64,000 nucleotides of DNA, from assembly GCA_013239625.1 (NCBI GenBank), contig MU055600.1, forward strand, positions 21,465,520 through 21,529,519, written 5' to 3'. The notes under the pieces are model-generated. The model saw nothing but the letters and a program-made list of their open reading frames with translations. It was not told the origin of the DNA and ran no database searches. Numbering within the stretch: position 1 is the first letter of the stretch; the number at the start of each line of letters is the position of its first letter. Positions 1 through 11,830 of the stretch are shown here, one piece after another. The position numbers and the translations under genes were made by a program. The DNA is from Lama guanicoe. Its lineage: Eukaryota.

Positions 1-1439
1 CGGCTTCTCAGTGAGGAGGAAGATTCCAGAAGTCCTGACTCTGGCTCTGGCGCTGGGACCACCCCCACGCCCTGTCTGTCCCTCTGACTCGTCTGTGTGA
101 TGTCAGCTTTGAAGTGATTGCATGTGAGGCTCAAAAAGAATTTCCCAAAATTACACATAGGTATAAAATGAAGGGAGAAAAGGGCCGTTTCCCGTCAGGT
201 TGAAAATGGCAGAGTGAAGCGGGACTGCCCCTCCTCTGGCCACACATCTGCGCTCTGACGCGGTTTTCAGTCCCCAGGAGTATCTCCTATAGGCAGAAAG
301 CAGCCCTTCAAGGGACAAATAGTGGAGCCAGACACCACAGGAAAGGAGCCCGGACCGGGAGGCAGGGGATCCAGGACCAAAGGGCGCTGGCTGTGTGAGT
401 GGCCGTCCTGTGCCTGCCTGGGCCTCAGCGTCCCCTTCTGCAAAGTGGGCGGGCGCGTAGGACAATCCTCACCCACCGGCCACCCTTTGACAAACGAAGA
501 TCAATAGATTAACTTGGGAGAAGGAAATCTTCTGTGTTTAAAAAAAAAAGTTTTATATTTCTGTTTCGATGCCCTGCACAAATACACCCGACTGCCCGTG
601 AGCACGTGATGCAGCCACACATGCGTGTGCGCGTCTCCCTTTTGCTCTTCCTCTTGCTGCTCGGCCCCTGTCCTCACTCTGGGAGACCCTGCAGGACCTT
701 TCTCGCTCTGCTGGTCATATTTCTGGGGCCAGAAAAATTCCGGGGAAAGGAAAGCAAACAGCGCCGTGGGGTTGCGGTTACCCGTGGTGCTGACAGTGAG
801 TCGGGCTCTGGGGGGTGGTCCTCGCTTGCCCCAAGGGATAATGAGTTCGCCTGGCCTCTGGCCGTCTGCCTCCCTTCCCCCTGACTCTGACCAGCACCCC
901 CACCCTAATTCCAGAGCAGGTCAGAACTCGGATCTGACAGTCAGGCCGTATCTCAGTTTGGCCTCCCAGCTCCCCATCCTTCATGGAATCCAGGGATCAG
1001 GAACCCCCAGAATCACTGGGACCAGCCCTCGATCAAGGCAAGCAGTGGTCCATCCTCCCGGGAAAACATCTGGAAAGCTCGTCCCGCCCAGCTTCCTGCA
1101 GGGAGCGAGGGCTGGGCACGCCCAGACTCCTCAGGCCAGCTGGCTCATTTCCTCCACCTCAGAAACCTCTGGAAGCCGGGATGCCCACGTCCTGGCTCAA
1201 CTCTTAGCCATCGGTTCAGCCAGGAACCACTCTTTTCAGGCGAGAGAAAGCAAAGCAAACATAGAAAGTTCAGCTGGACGAATAAGCAACTCACAGAAGA
1301 AATAGGGCGGCCAAGAAACACAGGAAGGTATTTTCCATCTTGGAAGACAGCAAGGAACCCAAACGACACACTGATCTGCCCTTGGCAACTCTGCGGGGAC
1401 AAGGCTGAAGGGGGTGTCTGTCTGGAGCAGCAGGTCCTC

Positions 1440-2310
1440 TGGGGGGAGAGGCCTGGGCACAAGCTCTCCGGAGAGCAAGGCGGCAGCGCGAGGCGGACTC
1501 GCGGGCACGCGGCCCCGGACTCGGCCATTCTGCTCCGGGGGCCGTCGCACCCCGGGGTAACCGCGAATGGACACGAATGTCTGAATTCAGGAATGCTCGC
1601 TGAAATGAGAAAGAACCTTCTTGTCCATCCAGAGGGGATTCGGGAATTAACTGTGGCACATCTGTACGGTGGGATCCTATTAGGATCCGAGGTGTGCCTT
1701 GTACACTTCAGCGTAAAGAGATGCTCCTGGTATGTTGTCGGGTGGGACCGGCAACTTGGCCCACACAGGCATCAGTGCGCCCAGGAGGGCGGCCTTTCAC
1801 GGCCGTGAAAGCAGGAGGCAGCATGGCAGACCACAGGTCAACGGGCTTCTGGGTGACTTACAACATTTTAGCTACAACTTCTGATTTTTTTTAAAACATA
1901 AGCAGGTATTACTTATGGAAACAGTAAGCAGCGGCCAGCCCAAGGAAGGGCTCCCGGGCGCCGGGGAGGGCGGCCGGGAGGGCCTCCGGCAGAGCCTGCC
2001 CCAGCGGCGGAGGGGGCGGCCGTGAGAGCCGGGGCGAATGTCCCTCCTAGTCTTGTGCAAGCGTCAGCCTGGGGGCCAACGCCCTTCTTTTCCCTCTGCC
2101 TAAAAAACCCAGGGCTCCAGCGCTTTCCAGGGGTCCTCTGTCCCTGAGCCCTCACCGCACCGGTCTCCCCGCCCCGTCCCCGGTCCCAATTCCTCGGCGA
2201 GGGGCCTGAGCTGCGTTGCCCAACGTGGATCCGGTCTGGATCTGAAGTCGGCAATGCCGCTTCCCGGCAGTGCGGCCTTGAGCAGTCAGAAAATGCCTCT
2301 TCGTACCCCG
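1440..2310. promoter_or_regulatory. CpG-island-like, repeat-free region; candidate promoter or strong enhancer
   Basis: Dense CpG and GC boxes (ggggagggcggccgggaggg, gggggcggcc, ccccgccccg). No recognisable TE in 1-2340. Function is inferred. Confidence 0.45.
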
Positions 2311-2369
2311 GATCCTGTCTGACTTTGAGCATTGCAAGAGAGGAAAAGAAGAGAAGAGAAAAGAAGGTT

Positions 2370-2715
2370 CACGGGGGAGTATTATTCACAACAGCCGAGA
2401 CGTGGGAGCCACCTGAGTGTCCATCAGCAGACGGCTGGGTGAAGAAGACGGGTGTAACGTACACTGGGGTGCTACTCAGCCAGAAGGGAGTGAAACCGCG
2501 CCATCTGCAGCAGCATGGATGGACTTGGAGGGTACTGTGCCAAGGAAATAAGTCAGACTGAGAACTACAAACACTGTATGATATTGATACGTAGAATCTA
2601 ACAGATACAGCAAACTAGTGGCTACAACAAAGGAGACTCACAGATACAGGGGACAAACTAGTGGTGCCGGGTCCAGGCGTCGAGAAGGAGTAGATTAGCT
2701 GGGGAACGGGGGTGC
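2370..2715 (+). mobile_element. L1 LINE 3' fragment (ORF2 C-terminus plus 3' UTR), decayed
   Basis: Translates LFTTAETWEPPECPSADGWVKK, similar to the L1 ORF2 end (LFTIAKTWKQPKCPSTDEWIKK). Followed by typical L1 3' sequence (catggatggacttggagggt...aaataagtcagac...gactcacagatac...aaactagtggt). Confidence 0.9.
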
Positions 2716-3249
2716 CTGCGCTGATGGTCACAGCCAGACAGACGCCCAGCCCCGAGTGAGCAGTCGAGGCAGCAGCCCGAAGCTCCAGCCCCCGGGGGGC
2801 ACACAGCACTGCAGTCGCTGCTGCCTGGGCCAGGAAGCACCTTGCGTCCTCTGCGGGGCCGGAGCTGCCCGGGGGGGAGTTACGACAAACACAAGCAGCG
2901 ACGTTATTGCGTGTCTGTGATGCCCAGGCCCCGCGCTAGGCGTTCTGCGTAAGTTAACCCTTCTGTTTTAATCTTCCACATTCTGTGGGGTCTGAATAAC
3001 TCGCCCATCTGAGAGAGACAATGAGAACTGAAAGGGTACAGCAGCTGGCTCAGGGCCGCAGGACAGGACCAGGCTCTGGCCAGCCTGGCCGTGTGGCCCA
3101 AGCTGTCACTCCCTCACAGGGCAGCCTCCCCACTCTCGCCACCTTCTGCCAAGGCATTGCCGTCACCCTCCCTCCTGCTCACGTGTCTGCCTGCTCAGTT
3201 CCACACCGCCGTTGGCAGCAGCCACCCTGCAGGCCTGAACAGTGGTGTC

Positions 3250-3420
3250 TTTTTCCATCCACTCTCACAACCATGCTATGGGGGAGACCAGGAGGCGTGT
3301 TCTCCCATTTTACAGGGAAAGAAACGGAGGCTCAGGGAGAGAGAACAGCTGGCCACCATCATGCTGCCATCCGGGACAGGGTGGGACAGACCCGGGCCTC
3401 TGGATGCAGTGTCCCTCTGT
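3250..3420 (-). mobile_element. MIR SINE fragment
   Basis: Reverse MIR core: ctcacaaccatgctatg...cccattttacagggaaagaaacggaggctcagggagag. Confidence 0.75.
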
Positions 3421-4399
3421 GACACCTCACAGCACGGCTGAGAATTCAAACGTGTTGGTGCCTCCACGGATCTTTAAATGTCTGCAGCTCACGATGACCA
3501 GCTTACAAGGCCCGCCTGCATCAGGGTTCTGGTGCCAAGTCCTGACAGGGTTCTTCGGCCCCTCTGGGGTCCTCCCCGAGCCGGGAGGCATCTCGCCTGG
3601 TTGCTAAACAGGGACCCTTTTCCTGAGGTGTCCCGAGGTGATGAAGGTGCTGGGAAGACCATGGCGCTGGTAGCAGGTGTGTGAGCCCGCCGAGGGCCTG
3701 TCCTTCTGCAGGGCTCCAGCGGCTGGGGAGGGCCCCTCTGATAGGAGGGCTCAGCGGGGAGCACCTCCCCGCCAGCGCTGGGCCAGGCAGGCTAACCCTA
3801 ACCCTCACCCCCGGGCCTGGGCAAGTGAGAAAGTCCTGGAGGACGGGACACAAAACCACAGGGAGGGCTCCCAAGAAGCCCCAGAAACCGCGGGTCGAGC
3901 ACCCATCCTTCCTCCAGGAGTTTGGTGTCTGTTCTCTAGGTTTTTCTAGGAGGACAAGACAGCACAGATGAACCCTGGCTTGGTTTCAATCCCATCTGAC
4001 AAATGAGGAAACCAGCGAGGCTCAGATAAACGAAGTAAGTCCAGCTAGGAAAGAGCTGGAGAGAAGGCAGCCGGCCCCACGGCCAGCGCGGCCCCTCCCT
4101 CTGGGGGCCATGACCCTGCACTGTCCCCTGACCCCGGGGCCTCATCTGGACGTCTCCCAGGCACGGAGTAGATAGAATTTGGCTGAGTCCGCCCTTGTGA
4201 ACGCGTGGGTTGTACAGCCTCAGTGTGAGCCCAGGGCCTGGGCTTCTGGGAAGGGTGGGGCTGGGGGAGTTTGAAGACAGTGACTGACCAGGAGGGAATT
4301 CCAGGAGAAGGGGCTGCCTCTTTCAGCTCCAGAGGTCTGCCTGAGGCAAAGACTTGCTCTTCTCACCAGGGCGGACTCCTCCCAGCCCCACCCCCATCC

Positions 4400-4697
4400 T
4401 CCGTCCCCTCCCCTGCCCTCCCCTGCCCTCCCCTNNNNNNNNNNNNNNNNNNNNNNNNNNNNNNNNNNNNNNNNNNNNNNNNNNNNNNNNNNNNNNNNNN
4501 NNNNNNNNNNNNNNNNNNNNNNNNNNNNNNNNNNNNNNNNNNNNNNNNNNNNNNNNNNNNNNNNNNNNNNNNNNNNNNNNNNNNNNNNNNNNNNNNNNNN
4601 NNNNNNNNNNNNNNNNNNNNNNNNNNNNNNNNNNNNNNNNNNNNNNNNNNNNNNNNNNNNNNNNNNNNNNCTCCCCTCCCCTCCCCTTCCCTCCTCC
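4400..4697. repeat. (CCCTC/CCCTG)n polypyrimidine simple repeat spanning an assembly gap
   Basis: cccctcccctgccctcccctgccctcccct on the left and ctcccctcccctccccttccc on the right of the N run. Confidence 0.8.
4435..4670. other. Assembly gap (236 N)
   Basis: Run of n, seen directly. Confidence 1.
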
Positions 4698-5234
4698 TCA
4701 CACAGCCATGTGAAGTTTGCAAGGGACCCGGGCAGCCAGATTCCACTGGGTTTAAGTCATAGCTCCATTTCGCTCTGGTGAATAATGGCATTTTCAGAGT
4801 CACAAAATGAGCGCTAAGAAGGACCTTATTGATGTGTTTGACCAACTCCCTCTTAATAGATGAGGAAGACGGAGGCGGTGGGCGCAGGGTCTGGGCCAGG
4901 CCCCGAGGCTCCCAGGCCCCGCTGCTCTGCCTGGCCTCCCTTCCCACTTTCTACTCACACTGTGCCGTCGCCGGAAGGAACCTCAGGAAGCATGTGGTCA
5001 GGGTGCAGGTTGGGGACAGACCCAAGTGCCATCAGGGCCACGAGGTCATGCAGAGGAGAAGGACAGCCAGGAAGGGGGGAGGGGGTGACTGCCACATGGA
5101 CTGCTGTCCTGCGGACCCATGCTACCTGGGCATTCTGACTTTTCTTAAAGGACAGCTATGAAACACAATTTTTAATGTAAAATATTCCACTTCTGAAATA
5201 TAGGAACAATTCACATTTAAAAGCGAAACACCTG

Positions 5235-5320
5235 AACGTGTGTCTACGTGTAACTGAACTGCTCTGCTGGATGCCTGAAACCAATGTTGTTCGTCGACTA
5301 CACTTCAGTGAAAAATACTT
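5235..5320 (+). mobile_element. Short 5'-truncated L1 3' tail
   Basis: gtaactgaactgctctgctggatgcctgaaaccaatgttgttcgtcgactacacttcagtgaaaaa resembles the L1 3' terminus (ataactgaatcactttgctgtacacctgaaactaac...tcaactatacttcaataaaa). Confidence 0.75.
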
Positions 5321-5430
5321 CCAAAAAACGAAAACACCGAGAGTAACTTGTGGTGGAGTCCATCTCCATCCCTTGCTGGAGATGGGGAGACTGAGGCACA
5401 GAGCACCAGCCCACATGTTGCAGAAAGGTG

Positions 5431-5914
5431 TGTTACAGCTCAGTGTGACAGCAGCCTGGACCCGGACGAGAGACCAAGCAGCTCTCGGAGGGCTGGAGAA
5501 CGCAGGTTTATTACGCCAGCGGGCCCACGGGAGTTACCACTCCAAGCTCTGGGCCCCGTCTGCAGGTTTACACAGGCTTTTATCGGCTGCTGGTTTACAC
5601 TTTGCAACATCATATGCAAATAAGGTATAACAGAAATTGACTAATTAGGAGCAAGCGTTGTAGACATGGGCCAATCGGGAGGGAGAAAAGTAACTAATCA
5701 GGAGCGAGCTCCGTGCAGATGAAGTGCTACAAATGGACCAATCAGGAGTTAGCCTAGGGAACCAATAGAATTTTAGGGGTAAGTTCCACTTTCCTAGAAG
5801 TAAGCTATTTCAGAGGCAGAAAGCGAGATAGAGCTGCTGGGCCAGGGAGCCGGACGGTGCTGGCAGGAGAGTGGTGGCCCCGCGGGTCTTTTCTATGGGG
5901 CTTCCCACCTCACA
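5431..5914 (-). mobile_element. ERV solo LTR (ERV1-like), inserted into a MIR
   Basis: TG...CA ends (tgttacagct ... cccacctcaca). Minus-strand AATAAA (tttatt 5507-5512) and TATA-like GATAAAA (5578-5584). Octamer ATGCAAAT 5614-5621. CCAAT at 5671, 5738 and 5762. MIR halves on both sides. No clean target-site duplication (TSD) seen. Confidence 0.8.
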
Positions 5915-6641
5915 CACAGAGTAGAGACCACATGCAGACCAAGGCCCAGGGCAGCTGAGTCACTTCTGGGGAATCCCGCCTCCGGGTCAGCGGTCCCCTC
6001 GGCACTGATCCGAGGTGGCATTCCAGGAGCGCACCCAAGCGCCCGGCCCTGCCCCAACCTCTCAGGTCTGATGTGATTGCCTGGGGGGCCTCACCCTTGG
6101 CCTTCTATTATGTTTTCCCTGGGCTTCATGGTCAAATCTCTGAGTATTTTTCCCTTGACATGGCCCTTTACAACTCCAACGTTGGGCCAGAACATTCCGA
6201 GACCCTGTGGAGGCCAGGAAAGGCGCAGACATCCTTGTCCCTGGCCAAGCCCTTCCCGCATGCCATTCCCCTGCGTCTGGTTCTCTGCCCTTCACGGCTC
6301 AGCTCAAAAACCACACAGCTGACACTCCCGAAAAATCTCATAAAGCCGAATCAGGAGCTTGTCAGCGAAAGGGGAACATGAGATCATGCCACCATCTCCG
6401 GCTGGCTAAATCTGTCAGCAGGCCGTCCGTCTCCAAGCCCTCCCCGGCCCCTCCTGCGTGTCCAGTCCTGTGCCCGAGACAGGGCAACGGGGCGGTTAAG
6501 TGAGGAGATGACACATAGCCTCGTAAAACCAGAGAGGGAAGTCGAGCACGGAGAAGAGCACCACTGGCAGCCAGGGCTCGGGAGCCCGGGGCAGGGACGC
6601 TGAGATAGACGTGGATCTGGAGCGTCGGGGGGAAGGGATGT

Positions 6642-6760
6642 GGGGGACGGGATAGCTCAGCAGGGGAGCACGTGCTTAGCAGGCGTGGGGCCCTGGGTTC
6701 GATCCCCAGCCCCTCCACTAAAAATAAATAAATAGACCTAACCTCCCCCCACCCAATAAA
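6642..6760 (+). mobile_element. tRNA-Ala-derived SINE (camelid Vic-1-like)
   Basis: gggatagctcagc...gtgcttagc...ctgggttcgatccccagcccctccactaaaaataaataaatagacctaacctcccccc, with Pol III A/B boxes and an AT-rich tail. Confidence 0.85.
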
Positions 6761-7319
6761 GACCAGATGGAGTCTGTATAGATGGAGAGGCGGGGAGAGG
6801 CCACTCGGGCGTCAGGCAGGCGCAGCATGGCGGGAGAACCTTAGTGGTCCCAGCTGCCCTGGCCCTTGGGTGAGGTTCCCGATCGTTCTGAGCGCTGCTC
6901 CCTCCTCCGTAGAGAGGGGCTCGGGCCAGACGAGCCCAGCGTTTTCTTTCTCGTTGAGCATAAATCTGCACTTTGTTCTCCCAGCACCCAGCTTGTACCT
7001 GACACACGCACTCTGTGAATGAAGGAATGGTTCGTTGGCTGACTTAACATAAATGTCAACGCGATGAGAACAGAGAGAGCCGAATGAGGTAACTGGTCAG
7101 TGATTATACCAGTAATACCTTGGCTCGCACATCACCTCACATCACCCACTGAAAACACGCTGCCTAACCCAAACCTGCACGCACGGAATCCCGTTTTATT
7201 TAATGCGATCCGTTCCAGCAGAGAGCGTGGCACACATCAGGAAGCGAGGAGAGCCCTGGGCTGGGTGGTCTGGCCTCACCCGATTCGTGGCTGGTTTGGT
7301 GTCTCTTTCGCAGGTTTAG

Positions 7320-7680
7320 TGACTTCCGGACAGTGCCGTCCGCCCTGGTAGGGCGGGGCGGGGTCACAGCCCTCTGTCACCGCCCTTCACGGCGTAGAAC
7401 ACTCAGCCGAGACGTGGGGACTTTACTTCCATGTTATCAAAAGAAATTCATGGGAAATAAGGCTAGCCAAGGTGGGGTGCGGTAGGGGACGGTCCCAGCG
7501 CCGAGCCTTTAAATACAGCCTGATGTCAGAGAGCTCTGGGCCACGTGACCCAAGGAGGGCCCTGCTACGATCGGATTCTTCCGACATGGAAAAATAAGGC
7601 AGGCTGACTGCCGCCAGCCCGGAGAGGCGACAAATGTGTGACCTCGGGTGTGAGGATGACTGATTCCAGGCTGTCACAGG
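7320..7680. promoter_or_regulatory. Motif-dense unique segment (ETS, GC boxes, TATA-like, CRE-like, E-box); candidate promoter or enhancer
   Basis: acttccgg 7322-7329; gggcggggcgggg 7351-7363; tttaaata 7508-7515; tgatgtca 7521-7528; cacgtgac 7542-7549. Confidence 0.35.
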
Positions 7681-8589
7681 GAGACGTGCACACCTGCTCC
7701 CGCTGGAGCACAGTCCGCCCCGGCCAGCCGTCCTCAGATGGACCGGCTGGAGTCCTGGGGGGAGGGGGGAGGGATCGCATTAGCTGTTACACAGCGAGGC
7801 TACGGAGCAGCTGCCCAGGCTGGAGCGGTCAGCCTCATGAGGCAGTGAGCACCCTGACGCTAGAGGTAATCAAGCCAGGTGACCACTGGGGGGTTCTCTA
7901 AGGGGATTCCAGCCTCTGGTTGGAGAAGGAGATCTCACTAAATGGCTTGAGGTTTTATGATCCTGTGATTTTTTTTTCCCCAAACTCCAGTGTGAGTCTC
8001 CTCTTGAGCGGCCCCATCTCACCGTCTGTCCCTAGGAACCGGCCCTAGTGCCTGAAACTCCACGTTACACCTTTAGTCTAGAAGTGGTACCACAATCTCC
8101 TGCAGACGTCGGTTGCGTAAGAAGACGCTATGCAGTGTTATAGCTGTGGACTCTGTCGATTTATTTAGCAGCCCCTTCTTCCAATACTGGTGACGTGGGT
8201 CCCAGGGCGCCGGCCACCATGGCGGGGGGCTCTCACCTTCCAGAAGGCAGCATGCAGGCAGAGTGTGCCTGGGCTGGGGGTGGCGGAGAGCCGAGGGTGC
8301 ACGAGGATCTGAGAGAGGAGGTGGGGTGGCGTGAGTGCCCCATCTTCGTCCCGTGCACAGCCCGGCCCAGGGCTCTGCCCGGTCCAGCCGCCCCTCTTCC
8401 GCACGGCACTTTACACTTCCTGGAGGGAGCACTGGCCACTGGGCTGCTCCCCAGCAGTGGGCCCTGGGTATGTCTCTGTGCCGCCCTACAGAGCTCAGCT
8501 CCCTCCTCTGCCAAACAAGAGGACACGGGTTCTGGCCTCCTAAGACCCTTCCCCCTGAATGGCGTGTGGGGCTGCCTTCAGGGCCACCC

Positions 8590-8800
8590 AGACCTAGTTG
8601 TGAAACCCAGTGCGCTTTCCCTGAGCGATGCAACCTTGAGCAGGTGACCTAGGCTTCCGGAGCCTCCGTCCCCATCTCTGTGAAACGGGAGCAGCGGTGT
8701 TTGCTTCCAAGGATTGTTAACATGATGAAATAGGACGGCTCCACAGCGACAGGGCGGCTGCTGAAAAGGCTGTCACTCGTCGTGTTACTAGTTACCATTT
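8590..8800 (+). mobile_element. MIR SINE
   Basis: accttgagcaggtgacctaggcttccggagcctccgtccccatctctgtgaaacggga matches the MIR core. Confidence 0.75.
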
Positions 8801-9409
8801 TGCCAGTTAACGCCTCAGTGGGACGAAGGAGCCTTTGCCTGTGGGAGGCAGGTGGGGCGGGGATTCCGACCCGGCCGTCAGGCTTGCCACGTCCCCAGGG
8901 GAGAAGCGGCCCTGAGCGCCTGCTGGCTCGGACCCTGGTCCTGCTCCTCCCTTCTGCCTACTCCATTCAGAAGCCTTGGAGACGCCGGATGCTGTGGCCT
9001 GGAGCTGCAGGCATGGGAAGCCTGGGCCCCCTCCCAAAGTGGCCTCCCCTGGCTGGGGTCTCCGCCCTCAGCGGCACGGGGCACCCTTGGACCAGACGTC
9101 AAGGTTGCTGTCCCCACACTCCTCTGCCCAGAGGTGGGTGGGAAGCGCGTGGGCTCAGGGAGTCGGGCGACGGTGGGCTCGAAAGCCTGCCTGGCCACTA
9201 ACGGCCACGTGCCCCAGGCTGTTCCCTCTGGTCTCGGAGCATTGGTTTCTTCACCTGTAGAGTGCGTGCAACAGCGCCACTTGCCAGGGCCCCGTGGGAA
9301 TCACCCTGTCAGTCAGCGCCCAGCCCGCGGCGGGCCCTCGGTAAATGGGGTCGTCTTTCTTCCCCTTCTTCCTGCAGCTCAAAGCATTGGTTCCAGGAGT
9401 GATCGATAT

Positions 9410-10085
9410 TTTTTCCGCATTTTATTTCGTAATTTTTCAAACCTAAGCACATGTTGAAAGTACCTTTCGCCCAGATCCACCAACTTTGTGTGTCGCTGCT
9501 TTGTCACTATTTATGCCCATCGCTTCCTGTTGTTACGACGCTCCCCTTTCCCCTTAACCACCGTCAGCCTGTGTTTCCTACAGACAAGGGTGCTTCCTCA
9601 TACACGCCCATCAGCGAACTCAGGACTCTTAATGGGGGGGAAGACTTACCTGTGCGTAGTCTGCGTCCCGATTTTGCCAACGTTCCGCCTCGTGTCCTTT
9701 AGAGAAGTTTTTCCCTCTGGTCCACGATCCAGTGCAGGATCAGGCCTTGCATTTGCTCGCTGGGTCTCCTTAGTGGATGAGTTCCCGGACTTTTCTGTCT
9801 TTCTCGCCCTTGACGCTGGGGAAGGGCGCAGGCCGGTGCTTTTGTGGAGCGTCCCTCACCGTGGCCTTGTCTGAGGGGGTTTCCTCGTGATCAGACGCAG
9901 GCCGTGCTCTCTGGCAGGAGTGCCCCGGGCAGATGCAGACTTCTCAGAGCCGCCTGTCGGGACAGCGAGGCGGACCTGCCCACCGCCGGGGCCGCTCGCG
10001 CGACTGACGCTGGGCTGAGGTGGAGTCCGCGAGCTTTCTCCCCAGCACAGGTGCCGGGTCTCCGCCCCTTTTGGAGTGTGGTGCC
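9410..10085 (-). mobile_element. Old L1 (L1MC4/5-like) 3' UTR fragment
   Basis: T-rich start, then tccacgatccagtgcaggatcaggccttgcattt...ttgtctgagggggtttcctcgtgatcagacgcaggc, matching the recalled L1MC 3' end. Confidence 0.75.
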
Positions 10086-10499
10086 ATTTTAACCCTGGCT
10101 CCTGAGGCGAACAGCTGGGCTGTGGCTGGACTTCATCTACCTTCTCTGAACTCATGAAACAAAGACTGTCCTGCTGCCTCTCGGAGGAGCTGGGCGGCGT
10201 GGATAAGACCCCGTGTGTGACGTGCTGAGCGCGGTGTCCGGGCTCGTTGGAGGAGACGCCTGGCGGCAATCAGAGGGTGTTCACCGAGCGCGTCGTCCCG
10301 AGGCTGAGGAGGGGGCTTGGGGTTCGGGAAGAGGCCCCTGCTGCCCCCGCTGATGGAGGGGCTCCCAGCAAGTAGCAGCAGAGGGACCGGGTGTCACGGG
10401 TGGCACTGGGAGGTGCGCTGAGCTCAGAGGCGCCAGGGGCAGGAGCGAGGGTCCAGTGGAAGGCAGATAAAGCTGGGAACGAGCGGGTGAGCCAGGTAG

Positions 10500-10715
10500 A
10501 CCCGTGGCTGTGAGCCAGACCCAGGCTTCAGAATCCAGGCGATCTGTGCTTGGGTCCCGTCTCCTCTGTGAGCTGGCTGTGTGGCCTGGGACGAGTCAGG
10601 TGACCTCTCTGAGCCTCAGTCCCTTCCTCTATGAAATGAGGATGCGACCACATCCCTCATGAAATTCTCAGAAGGTCAGTAAGATTAATGTCTGGCGCAT
10701 GTAAGCACTCAGACA
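10500..10715 (+). mobile_element. MIR SINE, near full length
   Basis: ctggctgtgtggcctgggacgagtcaggtgacctctctgagcctcagtcccttcctctatgaaatgaggat...tggcgcatgtaagcactcag. Confidence 0.85.
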
Positions 10716-10909
10716 CGACGCGGCAGCACTGACCGTCCTGGCCGGGAGCTCCGTCCGGCGCCACGGCCTTAGGAACACCTTCCCTGACCGCACTCCCCTG
10801 AAGCGAGAAGCAGGCTTCCCTGAAGTGCTCTCAGCATCACGTCCTCTCACGCTCTGCGGGGCCGTAAATCGGTACGACCTTCCTGGAGGACGTTTTGACA
10901 AACGGGGAT

Positions 10910-11300
10910 TTTGTTGGTCCGTGCTCTTAGCCGTAGACAACAGAATCCATGCGGCTCATTTAAGCAGAAAGGGGTTTATGAAGGGAAACAGGCCGCCTGC
11001 AGAATCACCCGGGAGCGAGAGTTACATCCCTAGGCTGGGCTTCCAGGGGCGAGTCCCCAAAAGCACAACATAAAACCCGTTGTCAGTGGAGCTGCTGCTT
11101 CTGCCTGGATCAGAAGTCCCCAGAACAGGAGTGGCCGCCGTGACCCCTGGCCCCAGCGCCAGGCTGCCTGTGTCCCGAGCTCTGTTGGCGAAGCTGGTGC
11201 CCCGCGCCCCTGCTCTGCTTCCCTCCCAGGACCCCCCTCAGCCGCAGAACCAGAGTCACGTCAGGAATCCATCCTGTAAGAGAGGCTTGGTTTTCAGCTG
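10910..11300 (-). mobile_element. Old MaLR LTR (MLT1N/O-like)
   Basis: tcttagccgtagacaacagaatcc...tttaagcagaaaggggtttatgaagg at one end and cagagtcacgt...tcctgtaagagaggc at the other. Confidence 0.6.
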
Positions 11301-11439
11301 CCCAGGACCTAGACACACCAGGAGGAGGTGGGCACGCTTGGAACTAGCCATGGGACAAATCAAGAACCAAAAGACTTCAGCCCTTTGACCTGGGAGTTGC
11401 TCTTCCAGGAACCCACGGGCAGGGGTGGCCAGGGAGGAG

Positions 11440-11830
11440 CAGTATTTGTGCCTAAGGAGGACGGCGTGGGGGGGGGGGGAGCGGGGAGGGGCGAGAAAGC
11501 CAAACCCACGAACAGGGGTCGGTTAAATAAACTTTGGCGCATTCATGTGAAAGGTTTTGACCCAGCGAAATGAAGTTTTGAAAAATTAAAAAACTTTCAG
11601 TAACATAGTATTAAAGGGGAAAAAGCACAACCTCTGTGTACAGCGAGGTCACGGCTGTGCGCGGAGGACACACGCACACGGGGCACAGCAGGGAAGGGCG
11701 TCCCCAGGACGGCGGCCTCGGCGTGACCAGAATCCCAGGGGGTTAAAAAATGTTCTCCTTTGTCTTCTTTTATACTGTTTGTGCTTTACAAGGATGTGTC
11801 TTATCTTCTGTAATTAACTGTTTTGGAAAC
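11440..11830 (+). mobile_element. Old L1ME 3' fragment
   Basis: aacaggggtcggttaaataaactttggcgcattcatg...gtattaaaggggaaaaagca. Confidence 0.55.

Noticed and set aside
1672-1688. Perfect inverted repeat GGATCCTA-T-TAGGATCC
   Set aside because: About one 8-bp-arm palindrome per spacer length is expected by chance in 64 kb.
3792-3811. ctaaccctaaccctcaccc telomere-like repeat
   Set aside because: Only two to three units, too short to call an interstitial telomeric sequence.
4271-4947. ORFs spanning the N runs (also 53196-53470)
   Set aside because: They are open only because N codons translate as X.
6642-6715. tRNA-Ala-like sequence as a genuine tRNA gene (also at 17784 and 28770)
   Set aside because: The stems are degenerate, a SINE-type tail follows, and one copy has a TSD, so these are retroposed SINEs.
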